A stretch of 64,000 nucleotides of DNA, taken from the NCBI GenBank assembly GCA_010909165.1, contig MU008213.1, positions 188,402 to 252,401 of the forward strand. The letters run 5' to 3'. The translations under genes and the position numbers were made by a program. Of the stretch, positions 47,790 through 59,400 are shown in pieces. This DNA is from Anthoceros angustus. Taxonomy: Eukaryota > Plantae > Anthocerotophyta. The notes beneath the pieces are model-generated. The model was not told where the DNA came from. It saw nothing but the letters and a program-made list of their open reading frames with translations, and did no database searches. How positions within the stretch are numbered: position 1 is the first letter of the stretch; every line of letters begins with the position of its first letter.

Positions 47790-49679
47790 TTTGTTCAATA
47801 GTTAACTTAGTTGAATAAATTAATGGAACTCTCTCGCCTCAAGGATTCGCACAAAGTAGACCAATGTGCCCTATCCCGTATACCAATCTAGCTTAGGCTA
47901 GAATAAGAGAGCTAGAAAAAGCCAAGGAACACGCTATCGTAGTTTTATGATGATTAACTTGAGAAGTCTTACAATATTAAGAGACAAAACCTCAGCTGTG
48001 GTGCTCACTCAAAGTAGAGTTGTCGCCTTGCAAACCTAGTCTATAAATATCATAGTGTCTTCACCTATTTTATTGAAATACTATAATAAGAACTTGTACA
48101 TGACTCCACCTATTTTAGTAAATACCTGAAAAGAAACTAAATATTGTAAGATGAACTTGTATATGACCTCACATATTTAAGTAAATACCAGAAAAAAAGA
48201 TAAATACTATAAGGAGAACTTGTATATGACTCCACCCATTTTAGTCAATACCTAAACAAAAGCTAAATACTATAAGAAGAACTTGTATATGACTTCACCT
48301 GATTTAGTAAGTATATATAAGAATTTGTATGTAATATCCTCGTTTCCAAAGAGCAAAAAAAATTTAACCTATTTTATGTATTACGATATTAAAAATACAG
48401 CCTGGAAAAACAACATGATGCTAAATGGCCCTACCAATATCTTCGTCTACCCTCATACACACTTACAAACCTGATCTATAGTGTCACATATATAGGCAGA
48501 CGCTTGAGCACATATAATAAACTTGACTTATGGTCCAAGTACGCACGGTCACATTATAGGCAGACGCTTGATGCTCAAGGTAATTAATTACTTTCTGTCA
48601 TAGTCACATACAGTATGTAGGCAGACGCACGCTAGGTAGCAGGCCCTTTTCCCCAAGCCCAAGGACGATAAATAAGCGGATAAGGCGGGGATAAAGGTGG
48701 ATAAGGCGACAAAGTTCTATGGCCTGTGTAGCTCGCTCGTTCTGATCATGGGCCCCCATCTGGGTTGGGCACCATGGTGAGCACATCCATCGCGTCTTGC
48801 AACCTGGGATGCGAAGCATACTTCCGCAGGATGGGCCATACTTTGTCAGCACAGTATAAATGAGGGACCGGGAAAGACGACAGTCTGTCTCCACCAGTAC
48901 TCCCAGAGCCTGAACATCCTCATCAGTGAGTACCTCTGATCACAAAGTTTAGTGACAGTCTCAGCCGTTATTGCCCCTGCAGGCCTGCGAAGGTCAGAGT
49001 CATCCACATTCCACAAGCTCCATTGAGATGTAGGGTCACGACCACGAGGACCCACCTCTCTTCCTGAAAAACCTAATGCATTGTGCTCGATTTGTGTCTG
49101 ACGGGTCCACAAAAGCCGTTGCAGCAATAAGAGGCCATGCCGACCTCTGTGGCCAAGTGTCAGATTCGCACATTGTCAAGCATGCATATGGTGGAGGAGG
49201 AGGAGGGGACTTCATCGTCCGTACGTGTATCATCTCATCAATTTGAACATGGTCACAGTGTCAGGCGAGACGCACTGTGATAGCGTGAACTTACGGGTGA
49301 GAGCAGCATGTTTACTATGTCACCGACCAAACTGATGGCCACAAACACATGAGATTGGCGTCCTCTCTCCTGAATCCAGCAATGAAACTGCCAATTCCCA
49401 TGGTTTGAAATGTTAATCACATGGCCTGGTGAGCTACTGCACTCTTTGAGATACGGCAGGCCGAAGGGACTGCAAGATTGAAGAATTGAGATGGTTTAGA
49501 AGAATGAGAGGAAGGAAGGATGGGATCTTGGAGGGGCAGAATTAAACTTGACTAGAACTTCTTCAAGAGTTAAGCAGACTCGGAGGGATGAAGAGACCAG
49601 GAGGTTCAGTGACGCAGAGATGATGAAGGACATAAGAACATATACCATTGGCGGACGGAAAACAAAATTTACCATGCAG

Positions 49680-50055
49680 GCGAACAAGCCATTTCCCAGT
49701 CAGTTTAACCTGCAGGAAATCTCTCCAGGGCCAAGGCGAAAAATCGGTCAAGGGCGACGGACTTGCCATTTCTCGATCTGCTCAACCTGCTGGGAATCTG
49801 TCGAGGGCCAAGGCGAAAAACCTGTCAAGGGCTAAGAAGCCATTTCTTAGTCAGTTCAATCTGCAGGGAATCTGTCGAGAGCCAAGGCGAAAAACCTGTC
49901 AAGGGCGAAAAAGCCATTTCTCAGCCAGTTCAACCTGCAGGAATTCTGTCGAGGGCAAGGCTAAAAATCTGTGAAGGGCGAAGAATCCATTTCTCATCCA
50001 GTTCAACCTGCAGAGAACCTGTCCGAGGGCCAAGGCGAAAAATCTGTGCAGGGAC
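49680..50055. repeat. About 75-bp tandem repeat x5 (partial duplicate at about 45900-46230)
   Basis: CCATTTC anchors at 49689, 49766, 49840, 49914 and 49987. Confidence 0.88.
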
Positions 50056-50142
50056 AGATTTTTAACTTGGCTCTCGGTTATATTTCGTCCAATGAGGGAA
50101 TTTTCTTCGCCATTGAACCAAAACTGGGAAATATTGTTATCA

Positions 50143-50190
50143 AAACCCTAAATTCCATTCTAGGGTTCCGAGACGGCGGCTGCCTATATA
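50143..50190 (+). promoter_or_regulatory. RPL41 promoter: telo-box and TATA box
   Basis: AAACCCTAA at 50143-50151 and TATATA at 50185-50190, about 100-140 bp upstream of the ATG. Telo-boxes are typical of plant ribosomal-protein genes. Confidence 0.7.
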
Positions 50191-50285
50191 TGTGACCTTG
50201 CACACCTTATTCCACTATACTCCTCCCTATCCTTTGGCAGTAGAGCAACAGCTGCTGAGACTTCTTCGACGCGTGTGTTTGGAAG

Positions 50286-50565
50286 ATGAGGGCTAAGGTT
50301 CGTCGCCTCTCTTGATCTGTGTGTGTATGAGTTGGCCTAGGTTTGCAGCCGGTCGTGTGCCGGCTCTTGGCTGCATTGTTTCGTCCCTGTGGAGTACGCG
50401 GGAGCGGCTTTTCTCTGTGTAGGCTTAGGTGCTCCTCTCGGTCTAGCTTGTGTTGTCTTGGAAAAACCCTGACCCTGACCTTGATGTTGTGGCCTGCAGT
50501 GGAAGAAAAAACGTATGCGCCGCCTCAAGCGCAAGCGCAGAAAGATGAGGCAAAGATCAAAGTAG
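50286..50565 (+). CDS. RPL41: Ribosomal protein L41 (eL41/eS32), 25 aa, 2 exons
   Basis: join(50286..50297,50500..50565) gives [25 protein letters not shown], with a GT-AG intron at 50298-50499. It is too short for the ORF track. Confidence 0.98.
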
Positions 50566-51318
50566 GCTCTAGTTCCTAGGGCAAGGTACCTACATGTGCG
50601 CAACTCGATGGATGTGGGAGTTCGTGCCGTGGGGCACCTTAGCCTTGAGTCAGGGTGCGTAGGTATCCTCAGCGTCGTGACGGATAGGCTGGAGACGGGA
50701 AGCAACTGTGGATAAAGTTGACAGGATGTTGGACCTTGCCCTGGGCGAAAGGGATGGCTGCATCGTGGTGCTGCGGAACGCGTTCAGGGATTAGGTCTTG
50801 AATTTTCACAGTTACTCCATACGTCCAATTGGACTGAACTTCCTGCTCCTGTCGCAATGGTCTAGTGCATGGGACATATTCATGTCCCTGGTGGTATGAG
50901 CATGCCACCGTTTCGGCTCTGTGGCGTTCTGCGGCTCTGTCTTCGTGTACACTTGTACCGTCGATCGTTGCTCCAAAAAACACGGGAAGGAGAATTTCTC
51001 CCTTCAACGTTGTACCACAACTGAGTAATCAACTTTTTTGTTGCCTATCCGCCTCGTCTTAGCATTCAAAATCGAAACACAATGGAAATGTTCATCTACG
51101 ATATTTACGTCATTTCTCCGTCTCAGTCTGATTGATAGTACATTCACAAAACTGAGGCAACAACCTTGGCGACTCGTTAGCGTCCGAAACACTGATTTGG
51201 AATAGACATCGGCACAAGTCGGTGCTGGTAGGGGTGTGTGAAAGTTTTAGAATTGGGAGGCTAGCGAGAAGAAGGTACAGATGGTGGAAGCAGATCCGGA
51301 AGTACAGCTCCAGGGTTG

Positions 51319-52387
51319 TTAGTCCACGGGAACGTCTACCTCCATCACCATCCGAGAATTGCCAAGAACCTGCCAAAAACGCTCACAGCATGGGGATACT
51401 CTGGTGTCAACAATAAGGCACCAGGAAAACCCCAACACCCCATGTTTCTGAAAAAAGAAATGGAACGGTGAGTTGCAAGAGCATTGCCAAGGACAGACCT
51501 TGATAAAGTCTTGCACGCTGAGCGTACTATCCTTGGAGAATCCAGAATCCTCTAGTGCTTGAATGACAACTTGCTGCTAGAAGCACGAAACAAACCACTC
51601 CTGTCAATCACCTGCTCCAGGTTCTACAGATCACAGCCTAAGGGCAGAAAGAGGCAAGAAGCAACGTCGTGAAACTGGAGGAAGGAAATGAAGTGGCATG
51701 AACTGGAACCAACCTTCCGTTGCTCTTCCGTGAGATACTTCCCAGACAGGTCTCGAAGAACTTGCAAAATATCCTCAGCAGATACCCTGCCCTTCCCGTT
51801 TCTGTCATACACCTTAAAGATGACTGCAAACCAACAACACCAGAAGAGAGTCACCACCGCCGCAAAAGCAGGCAACCAAATTGATGCAAAACCCTGATTG
51901 ATTCCCGCTTACATTCCACTTTATGCTTGGAGCTGGCATTCGGGCTGAAGGCCGATAACAGCGCCACAAACTCCTTGAAATTCAGACCTTCCAACATGCT
52001 CAGCAATCTCTGCATCCACCAGCAGGGAAACCTTTCACATTACTTCACATCGCCACAAGGCGGGGCTCGGTACTGCTGCTCCAACCACAACCGGATTAGG
52101 GCTTCCCACCTGCGACAGAGGATTCAAGGCGAATTCCGGAACCGCCATGAACTCATCAGCTAAAATAAAGCCCTTCCCGTTCCGATCCAGCGCGCAGAAC
52201 CTGGCGTAGAGCGACACGATCTCGCGCTGCGAAACTGTACAGCCCAGAAGAGAAATCCATCAGGGCCACCGCAACGGTACAACCGCAACCTCAACCGCAG
52301 CCAAGCAAGAAGCTTACAGATCTGCGAGCAGTGGGCCTGGACCTCCTCGATGTCGTACTGCGTCAGGGTGGAGGAGCTGTTCCCCAT
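51319..52387 (-). CDS. Calcineurin-B-like EF-hand protein (At3g18430-type), 176 aa, 6 exons, N-myristoylation motif
   Basis: complement(join(51319..51369,51499..51576,51714..51823,51913..52009,52110..52234,52318..52387)). Protein: MGNSSSTLTQYDIEEVQAHC...LDRNGKGFILADEFMAVPEFALNPLSQRLL...LNFKEFVALLSAFS...IFKVYDRNGKGRVS...EVDVPVD*. Confidence 0.93.
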
Positions 52388-52548
52388 CCCTTGCCCAGCT
52401 TCACGATCTCCACACACTCACACGCATTCACATGCAGCAGGCACCACTCCCAAGTGTGTTTCACGCTCGGCTCAGACCTAAAAGCCTCTCCTTTTATTCC
52501 AGGTGCTGCACACAAATGGCAACAAATGCAATGCTGCGGTTGCTGCCG

Positions 52549-53559
52549 TCACCTGCCTGCTATCTGCCACCCGCCTGCAAGCCGGAGCTGCTCGGGCTTC
52601 AGGACCACATGCTTGATGGAGAACCTGTGGTAGGTGTAACTGACATGCACAAGCCCGTCGGAGCTCTGGATGACGGCGGCGTAGGAGAACTCGGCATCGG
52701 CCTTCTCCGTCTCCTCCTCCAAGGTGAGCACCTGGGTCCAGGAGTCCCCGTCGTCGCCCGAGACGGCGGCCACCAGCACGCCCCGGGATAAGGTGTTGTA
52801 GACGAGCAGGAGGCGGCCGTCCTGCAGCCGGACCCCGTCGAAGCCGCAGTTGGGATTGTCCAGTGAGGTAGGCACCGCGGGAGACCAGGAATTCCTTCCG
52901 TCCTGGGACGAGGCGATGCAGATCTTGCGGATCTCGTCTGATGGGCGCAGCAAAGCGCGCACAGTCCCGTCCCGGCACAGGAACGGGACGGGCTGGATGA
53001 CCCCGCCCGGCCCGTCGCGGACGTAGATCGGACCGTGCTTGGCCCAGCTCCGACCCCCGTCCGGGGTGGCGTCCATCCAGGCTCCCCACGCGTTCCAGCT
53101 CTCCACGGACGAGCCGCACAGCAGGCTGCCGTCGCCCAGCTGCAGGGGCTTGTTCTTGGCCGGACCCAGAATGCCGGGCGGGAGGGCCTCGCGGGGGGAC
53201 CAGCTCCGGCCGTTGTCGCCTGATCGTTTCAGGAACCCGCTCCATTTCTGGACCTCCGGCCCGATCTTGTAGAAGAGCAGGAGCTCGCCGTTGGGCATTT
53301 TCCACAGCACCGGGTTCCACATCGCCACGCCCGGCTCGTCGTCCGCCTTCTCGGGGTTCAGCCATCTCCCCGCTTCGAGCCGGGACGTCCAGATGGCCAC
53401 GTCCGCCTGGCCCTCCCACGAGCCTCCGAAATAGGCCACCAGGAAGCTGTCCGTCTCCAGCTCCACGATGCTGGAGGCATGGCAGCTCCCAAACGGCGCT
53501 TTCCCTACTTCGAAGAGCAATTCTTCCTGCACCACGGCCCAGCCGCGTTCTGGGTCCAT
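52549..53559 (-). CDS. BNR/Asp-box repeat (sialidase-fold beta-propeller) protein, 336 aa, intronless
   Basis: [16 protein letters not shown], four Asp-boxes ([32 protein letters not shown]), [28 protein letters not shown] and VHVSYTYHR. There is an in-frame stop shortly upstream of ATG 53559. Confidence 0.9.
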   Translation of the reverse strand: MDPERGWAVVQEELLFEVGKAPFGSCHASSIVELETDSFLVAYFGGSWEGQADVAIWTSRLEAGRWLNPEKADDEPGVAMWNPVLWKMPNGELLLFYKIGPEVQKWSGFLKRSGDNGRSWSPREALPPGILGPAKNKPLQLGDGSLLCGSSVESWNAWGAWMDATPDGGRSWAKHGPIYVRDGPGGVIQPVPFLCRDGTVRALLRPSDEIRKICIASSQDGRNSWSPAVPTSLDNPNCGFDGVRLQDGRLLLVYNTLSRGVLVAAVSGDDGDSWTQVLTLEEETEKADAEFSYAAVIQSSDGLVHVSYTYHRFSIKHVVLKPEQLRLAGGWQIAGR

Positions 53560-53821
53560 GATCCTGCCGGTGATGCTTGCTGGACCCTAGGGTTTGGGGG
53601 GAGCGGTAGGGTTTGAGGATCGGAGGGGCTCGGATCGCTGTTGTGGTCACTGTGTGGAACGGTGGTAGCACGGCCACATCGAAGGTGGGCGGGGGAAGCG
53701 TGGGAACGGTGATGACGCATTTTTATATTGTGTGAACTCTTGTTAGATTTTGTGCGGCTCAAATCTGCTGCTTCTTCATGGGAATCCGGCGGGCAGCAGC
53801 CTACAGCAGCAGGCGATTTGT

Positions 53822-56222
53822 ATGGCAAGCAACCCTCTGTTGCCAGCAAGATGGCCTGAGACGGTATCGAGGGCATCACGTTGCAGTGGCAGAGCAGTGG
53901 CATGGCTTCCAGGAGGTATGGGAGGTTCTCTCGGCTGCATGAACTGTTTTTCGTGCTACTTGCGGGGTTTAGTTATCTGATGATGAGGGTATTAGTTGGA
54001 TTGCAGACGTGTTGAATGTTGCGGCGGTGTTCGAAGTCGGTCCATGGATTTATGGCAGCAGGAAGGTTCCGGGGAGTCGAGCGTTCTCAGTTGATGCCAT
54101 AGAGCAGCAATGGTTGAGGAGGAGGATGCAAGGAAAGAAGAAGTTTTGCTGCAGAGATGCTGTAGTTCAGTTTCGGAGGGGCAACGATGTGTTGGCGCAG
54201 GAAGGAAGGCAATGGCCACCGACACCGTTTCTGTTGAAAAATCTTCAGGCAGACACTCTTTTGGGTATCCTGAACAGGAAATGTAAGGATGGCTTTCGAG
54301 ATGAAGCCCTTTACCAGCTTGATTTCAGGATCGAGACGTATCATGTGAGACGGATAATTAGATTGCACGACGACGTTAAGGTAGCTTTGAGCTTTTTCAA
54401 CTGGGCCACGACTCTGCCAGGCTATAGGCATGACTCCTCCGCATATACTCTCATGCTCAGAAGACTTGGAGATGAGCGGCTGTTTGAGCTTATGTGGGAC
54501 CAACTGGAGCAGATGATTAGCGATGCCTGTAGGATATCAGACTTCACTGTGACGACAGTGCTCACGAAATTTGGCAAGGGAGGACGCCTCAACTCCTCAG
54601 TCGATGCTTTTCGCAGGTTTCGCGATGCTGGGTTCAAGCACAACGTGGTTACATATAATTGCGTAATCGGATTATTGGTTAAAGGAGGGTACGATATTCA
54701 GGAAGTTCAAATGCTTTTCTATGAAATGGAAAGGGAAGGTTGCCTTCCAAATGTGAACACTTACAACATGCTAATTAACGGACTCGCTAAAGCAGGCTGC
54801 TTGGACGAGGCTTGCAAAGTCTTTGAAACTATGAGTGTAGATCAGAGGTTTAAATCAGCTGTGGATTTGTCTTCCCTTGTTAAGCTGGGATGTACATTGA
54901 TTCTACCTGATGAAAGTGTCAAAGGGTTGTCGTACGCAGACCTGATTGATTTAGCACGTGAAGCTGGTAAAATCTGCGAGGCCGAGACGCTTGCTGCAAA
55001 ATTAGAAGAGATAACTGTGGTGCCTGATGTCATCACATACAGCGTGCTCATCGATGCACTTTGTAAGGCCGGCAAGCTGGACAAGGCTTGTACACTTTTT
55101 TCCCAAATGAAGAAGGGGGGTAACAGACCAAATGTGTTCACATACAGTGCAATCATTTCTGGTCTTGCCAAAGCGCAGAGGTGGGCAGCAGCTGAACAAT
55201 ATTTCGATGAAATGCAGGCTGAAGGATGTACACCCAATGTCGTAACATACACCATAGTCATAGACGGACTGGGAAGAAAGGGAGACGTTGATAAAGCTGC
55301 AGAATTAATCACAGAAATGAAGAGCAGAGGCTGCTTTCCGAACGTCGTTACATACACTTCACTTATTTCCTCCCTTTTTAAAGCAGGAAGAATGGATCTG
55401 GCACGGAAGACATTTGAAGACATGAAAAAAGAACACCAGGAGCCCAATGTCAACACATATAATGTGCTGATCAATGGACTGCTCCAGGCAGAACAGTTTG
55501 ATGAAGCCCTCAAGCTTTGTCGAGGGATGTGCAGAAGTGGTGTGGTACCAGATTTGGTCACACATAATAGTCTCATCTCTGGGTTTGGGAAGGCAGGCCA
55601 GGTCACTGAAGCTCTGGCACTCTTTAACCAGATGAAGGATATGGGCCCTGCCCCAGATACATTCACCTACACTGCAATGACACATTTGCTGGGCAAGGCC
55701 GAGCGCATTAAGGAAGCGCACGACCTCTTCTTACAGATGAAAGAAATGGGCTTCATTCCTGACGTTGTTTGCTACAGCACGCTCATTGATATGTTTGGGA
55801 AGACTGGACAGGTGGAGGAGGCATATAAAATTTTCAATGAAATGAGGCAGTCTGGCTGCGAACCAAATGTGATTACATATACTTGTATGCTTGATGCCTT
55901 TGGCAAAGCGGGCTATGTATCTGAGGTAGTTGGCTTGTTTGAAAAAATGCTGCAAGAGGGTCTGGTCCCAGATCTGCTCAGCTTTAATGTCCTATTGGAT
56001 GCTCATTGCAATGCAGGTGACGTCGATGAGGCCCTCAAGGTCTTTGATAACATGCAAAAGTTAGGGTCCGGACCTGATCTGATTGCTTACAGCACGGTGA
56101 TAAAAGGTCTAGCAAAGGTTGGCAGGATGGCTGAAGCTGCAAGGCTTTTTGACAAAATGAAGCAGAAGCACATCAGAAGCAATCCACAGGCAGATGAAAC
56201 CACGTCTCGCTTGACTTGCTGA
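53822..56222 (+). CDS. P-class pentatricopeptide repeat protein, about 769 aa, about 16 PPR motifs
   Basis: Likely join(53822..53915,54007..56222), a phase-1 GT-AG intron. Tandem 35-aa motifs (PNVVTYTxLIxGLxKAG) are present with no E/DYW domain. The N-terminal extension is compatible with an organellar transit peptide. Confidence 0.93.
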
Positions 56223-56467
56223 AATGGCAAGAACTAAGTGTGGAGCCAAGCTGTGAGCCTTGGAGAGGTACACAATTGAAAATGTCTGCCAACGTCGTAC
56301 CACCTAAATCTTACCTGGAGTAGTTCAGCCAAGAATTGGCACTGTTGGACAGCACTCTGGATTCCAGGCAACCTGACGGTGTAATTAGCAGGACTTTCGA
56401 CAAAAGCCACGCAGCATGAAACGTGGCTTGCAGGAGGTTTGGTAGCCTTTTGGTGGTGTCCATCAGC

Positions 56468-59400
56468 TTACTCAAACTCAGATATCACGACAAGGGAATC
56501 TCCTTGTTTGAAGGTGAGTGGGTCTCTTTTATTGCATGGATTGAGCACCTGATGCATGAAGAGGATGAAATCAGATACTGGCTATGGCTTGGCTGCATGC
56601 AAATTTATGTCTGGAGGACGTACTGTGTTATCACCCTGTCCGTATCCTATGGCAACTTCATTTCGTGAATTGGCCCTCTCTGTTAGCTCAGAAAATGAAG
56701 CCGACTCTCCATCTCGTAGATACAGTCCAATATCCTGAATTAACAAGCAGTGAAGCATGAGGAAGAAGAAACAGATAGTACTGCTGCATTTGAGAGTGTC
56801 AGAGGGGGTAAGTGTGAGCACCTTAACATATATTTCATTACCCCAAGAGTTCAGTAACTCTGTCCACACGTCGTTCAGTTCACTATGCTCCGTTACTGCA
56901 TGAAAAGGTGGGCTTGTTCAAATCATGATCCGTTAATAGTTAAGATGGAAACTGATATGTCTTTAGTTGTGCATTGTGCAGCTTGTTGCAGGGGTTGGCA
57001 ACGTGGGGAACTGGGAAGCAGAGTATTGGCCAGTGGCTTAATTTCACCTTGTGCTGTTACAAGTCCTGTCAATTCACTCGTGCCGATGAATGACAAAGAA
57101 CCTTGGCTTCTCACTACCTGTAGTTGCCACAATTTGGTGGTTAGTACCAGCCAGGGAACCAGGTCCTATTTCCAGCAATCTACTGATGGTGCAAAATACC
57201 TGCTTTCCAAGCTTGGTGTCAACAAATTCCGCAACCAAGCTAGTGACCTGAGGGACGGGATGTTTCCGTCATTAGATCAGTCCCGTTCACAACTCAGGAT
57301 GGAAGGGAGGCATGGTGGACATATATTCTTACTTTGACGTGGTGCTTCTTGCAAAGTGCCTGGGCTAGCAGAAGGGCAAACACAGATTGCTTGTCTGGCT
57401 TTGATGCATCTGTCCAGGTATGTTCTCGGTTAGAGGACGCGATAATGTGCAGCAGGTAAGGACAAAGCTCAGGATATTGCATGGGAGCAGCATGATGCGT
57501 TTGTGAAAAAGAAACACCTCCTACGTGCCACCCTTGATCTGCAACAACAACGACTGAAAGTGGCAGCTGTTCTCTCTCGTCAGCATTGTGAACCGGATGA
57601 GCAGATTTGGAAGTTTTGTGTACTGCATCCCTACCCATGATAGCGCTTTTTAAATCTGTTCGGCTCATTGGGTTACCAATCTGAAACCGTCACACGCACA
57701 TTCCTCATGCTTCTGAATTGCCATTCAACACTGTATCAAGAGCATGACTGCCCAGGGACATGGTCGGCACTGTACCTTGTGGATCACCTGAACGTTTTTC
57801 AAAGGAGTTGTGATGCGTCGGTCCATAGCAATCGTTCTTTGCTCAATTGGTGCCTCCGCCAAGATAATCTAGCCCCACGTCACAGGTAAGGATTTTTTTA
57901 TGTAATGGTTGTCAAATCCATGGATTTTGTCCATCGTCTCTTACCAGTTCACTACCAGGGCCAACATAGTCGTCGTACTCGAGCACCATCTCGCTCACAC
58001 CTGGACGCCATCCCAGCATAACGATACGCTCCTTCTTGGGTGTGTACCAATCGGAAGTCTGTATAACAGAAAAAGATGCGTATGAGATTCTGATAACGAG
58101 TTACAGGTCGAAGGTAAGGCTGCGGTCATACAAGGGGGAAAAAAACAGACTTTTATTGAAGTCCACACTGGACGAGATATGTGCCAACCTTGGAATGTGC
58201 TTTTTCATGTTTCTCGGCAGGAACCGGGTTTCCTAGGTTCTTAGACAACACGGTATCATAGTCATAGACGGCAGGAATACCAGAAGTCGATTTCTCCAGG
58301 TGAGCAATGGTGTTGCGGTATTTAGTTGCCGTTGCCAAGAGGCCAGGAGGGGGCTCGGTGTGTGTGTTCTTAGGGCAAATGAGCAGCAACTGACGACAAG
58401 AAACAACCGGAGAGGTGAAGGATGCGTTATACCAGGGGAAAAAATGATCAGGGCGTGATCAAACAGAGATGCAGAAGTGTCTGATGACGAAGATGCAAAC
58501 CTTGTCTGCCGCTTGCAGAACCAAGTAGTCCTTCGGGTGGAAATCTATTTTGCCATCACGAATCATCCCACAAACAACGGCCTGTAGAGAGTTTCAAGAA
58601 TCAGTTGTACAGCCGTAGGCTGTATGTTACAAAGAAAATGAACACCGACAGAGGAAAGAAAAATGCACCTCTGGAAATCCCCGGCGCACTTGGCGGTACG
58701 GGATGCCAGCAAGGCTTGGATAACTTCTCAGATTGATGTCGACCTCTCCTATAATCAGCGTGGATTGATTATCAGCGGGTGCCGGTGGAATCAACAGCAT
58801 ATTAAATAAAATCTTGCATCCACTTGGGGATAAGACACAAACATGGGACTTTACTTCCGTGATCAAGTAGCTGCTGGTAGACATCAATCAACCCCCGCTG
58901 TCGTGAACACTGTACAAACAACTTGGCAGCCAGATTCTGAACTGGGCTCACTCTGAGACCAAGAAGTGACTTCATAAGATCTGCAGTACTCGCCTTAGAT
59001 ACCTGAAATAGTATTTTGTCAATTAATAAAGGTTCAAATGATGCTTACGTTTGTTGAAACACCCATGCAAGAAACAACCTCCACCACAAAATTTGCAGAG
59101 GACTTCTCCATAAGTGGTTGCAATGCCAAAACCGATAGGACAATATCAGCATCTGCTTCATACCTACAGACAAGTCATTAGGTTCACATGCTTACATGCT
59201 GTGCAACTTGATGAGAGATGCCAGAGGGAGGAACGCAATAGATTCCTATCCAGCTAGCTATGCCAACAAACAGCTTGAGAGCGAGAACACGTACGCGTCG
59301 TCTTTGTTAGCTAACAGCATAACAGAGCGTGCTTTCTCTGCTGCAACTCGTTGGAACGAGCTCGTATCTGTGAGACTACCACTGCAGACCACTATTGTCC

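Noticed and set aside
50669-51007. 112-aa minus ORF between RPL41 and the calcineurin-B-like gene
   Set aside because: No recognisable motif, a non-ATG start, and it lies in converging 3'UTR space.
52478-53677. 399-aa alternative-frame ORF over the BNR gene
   Set aside because: GC-bias shadow frame of the real BNR ORF.
54842-55666. 274-aa antisense ORF in the PPR gene
   Set aside because: Antisense shadow of a repetitive PPR coding sequence.
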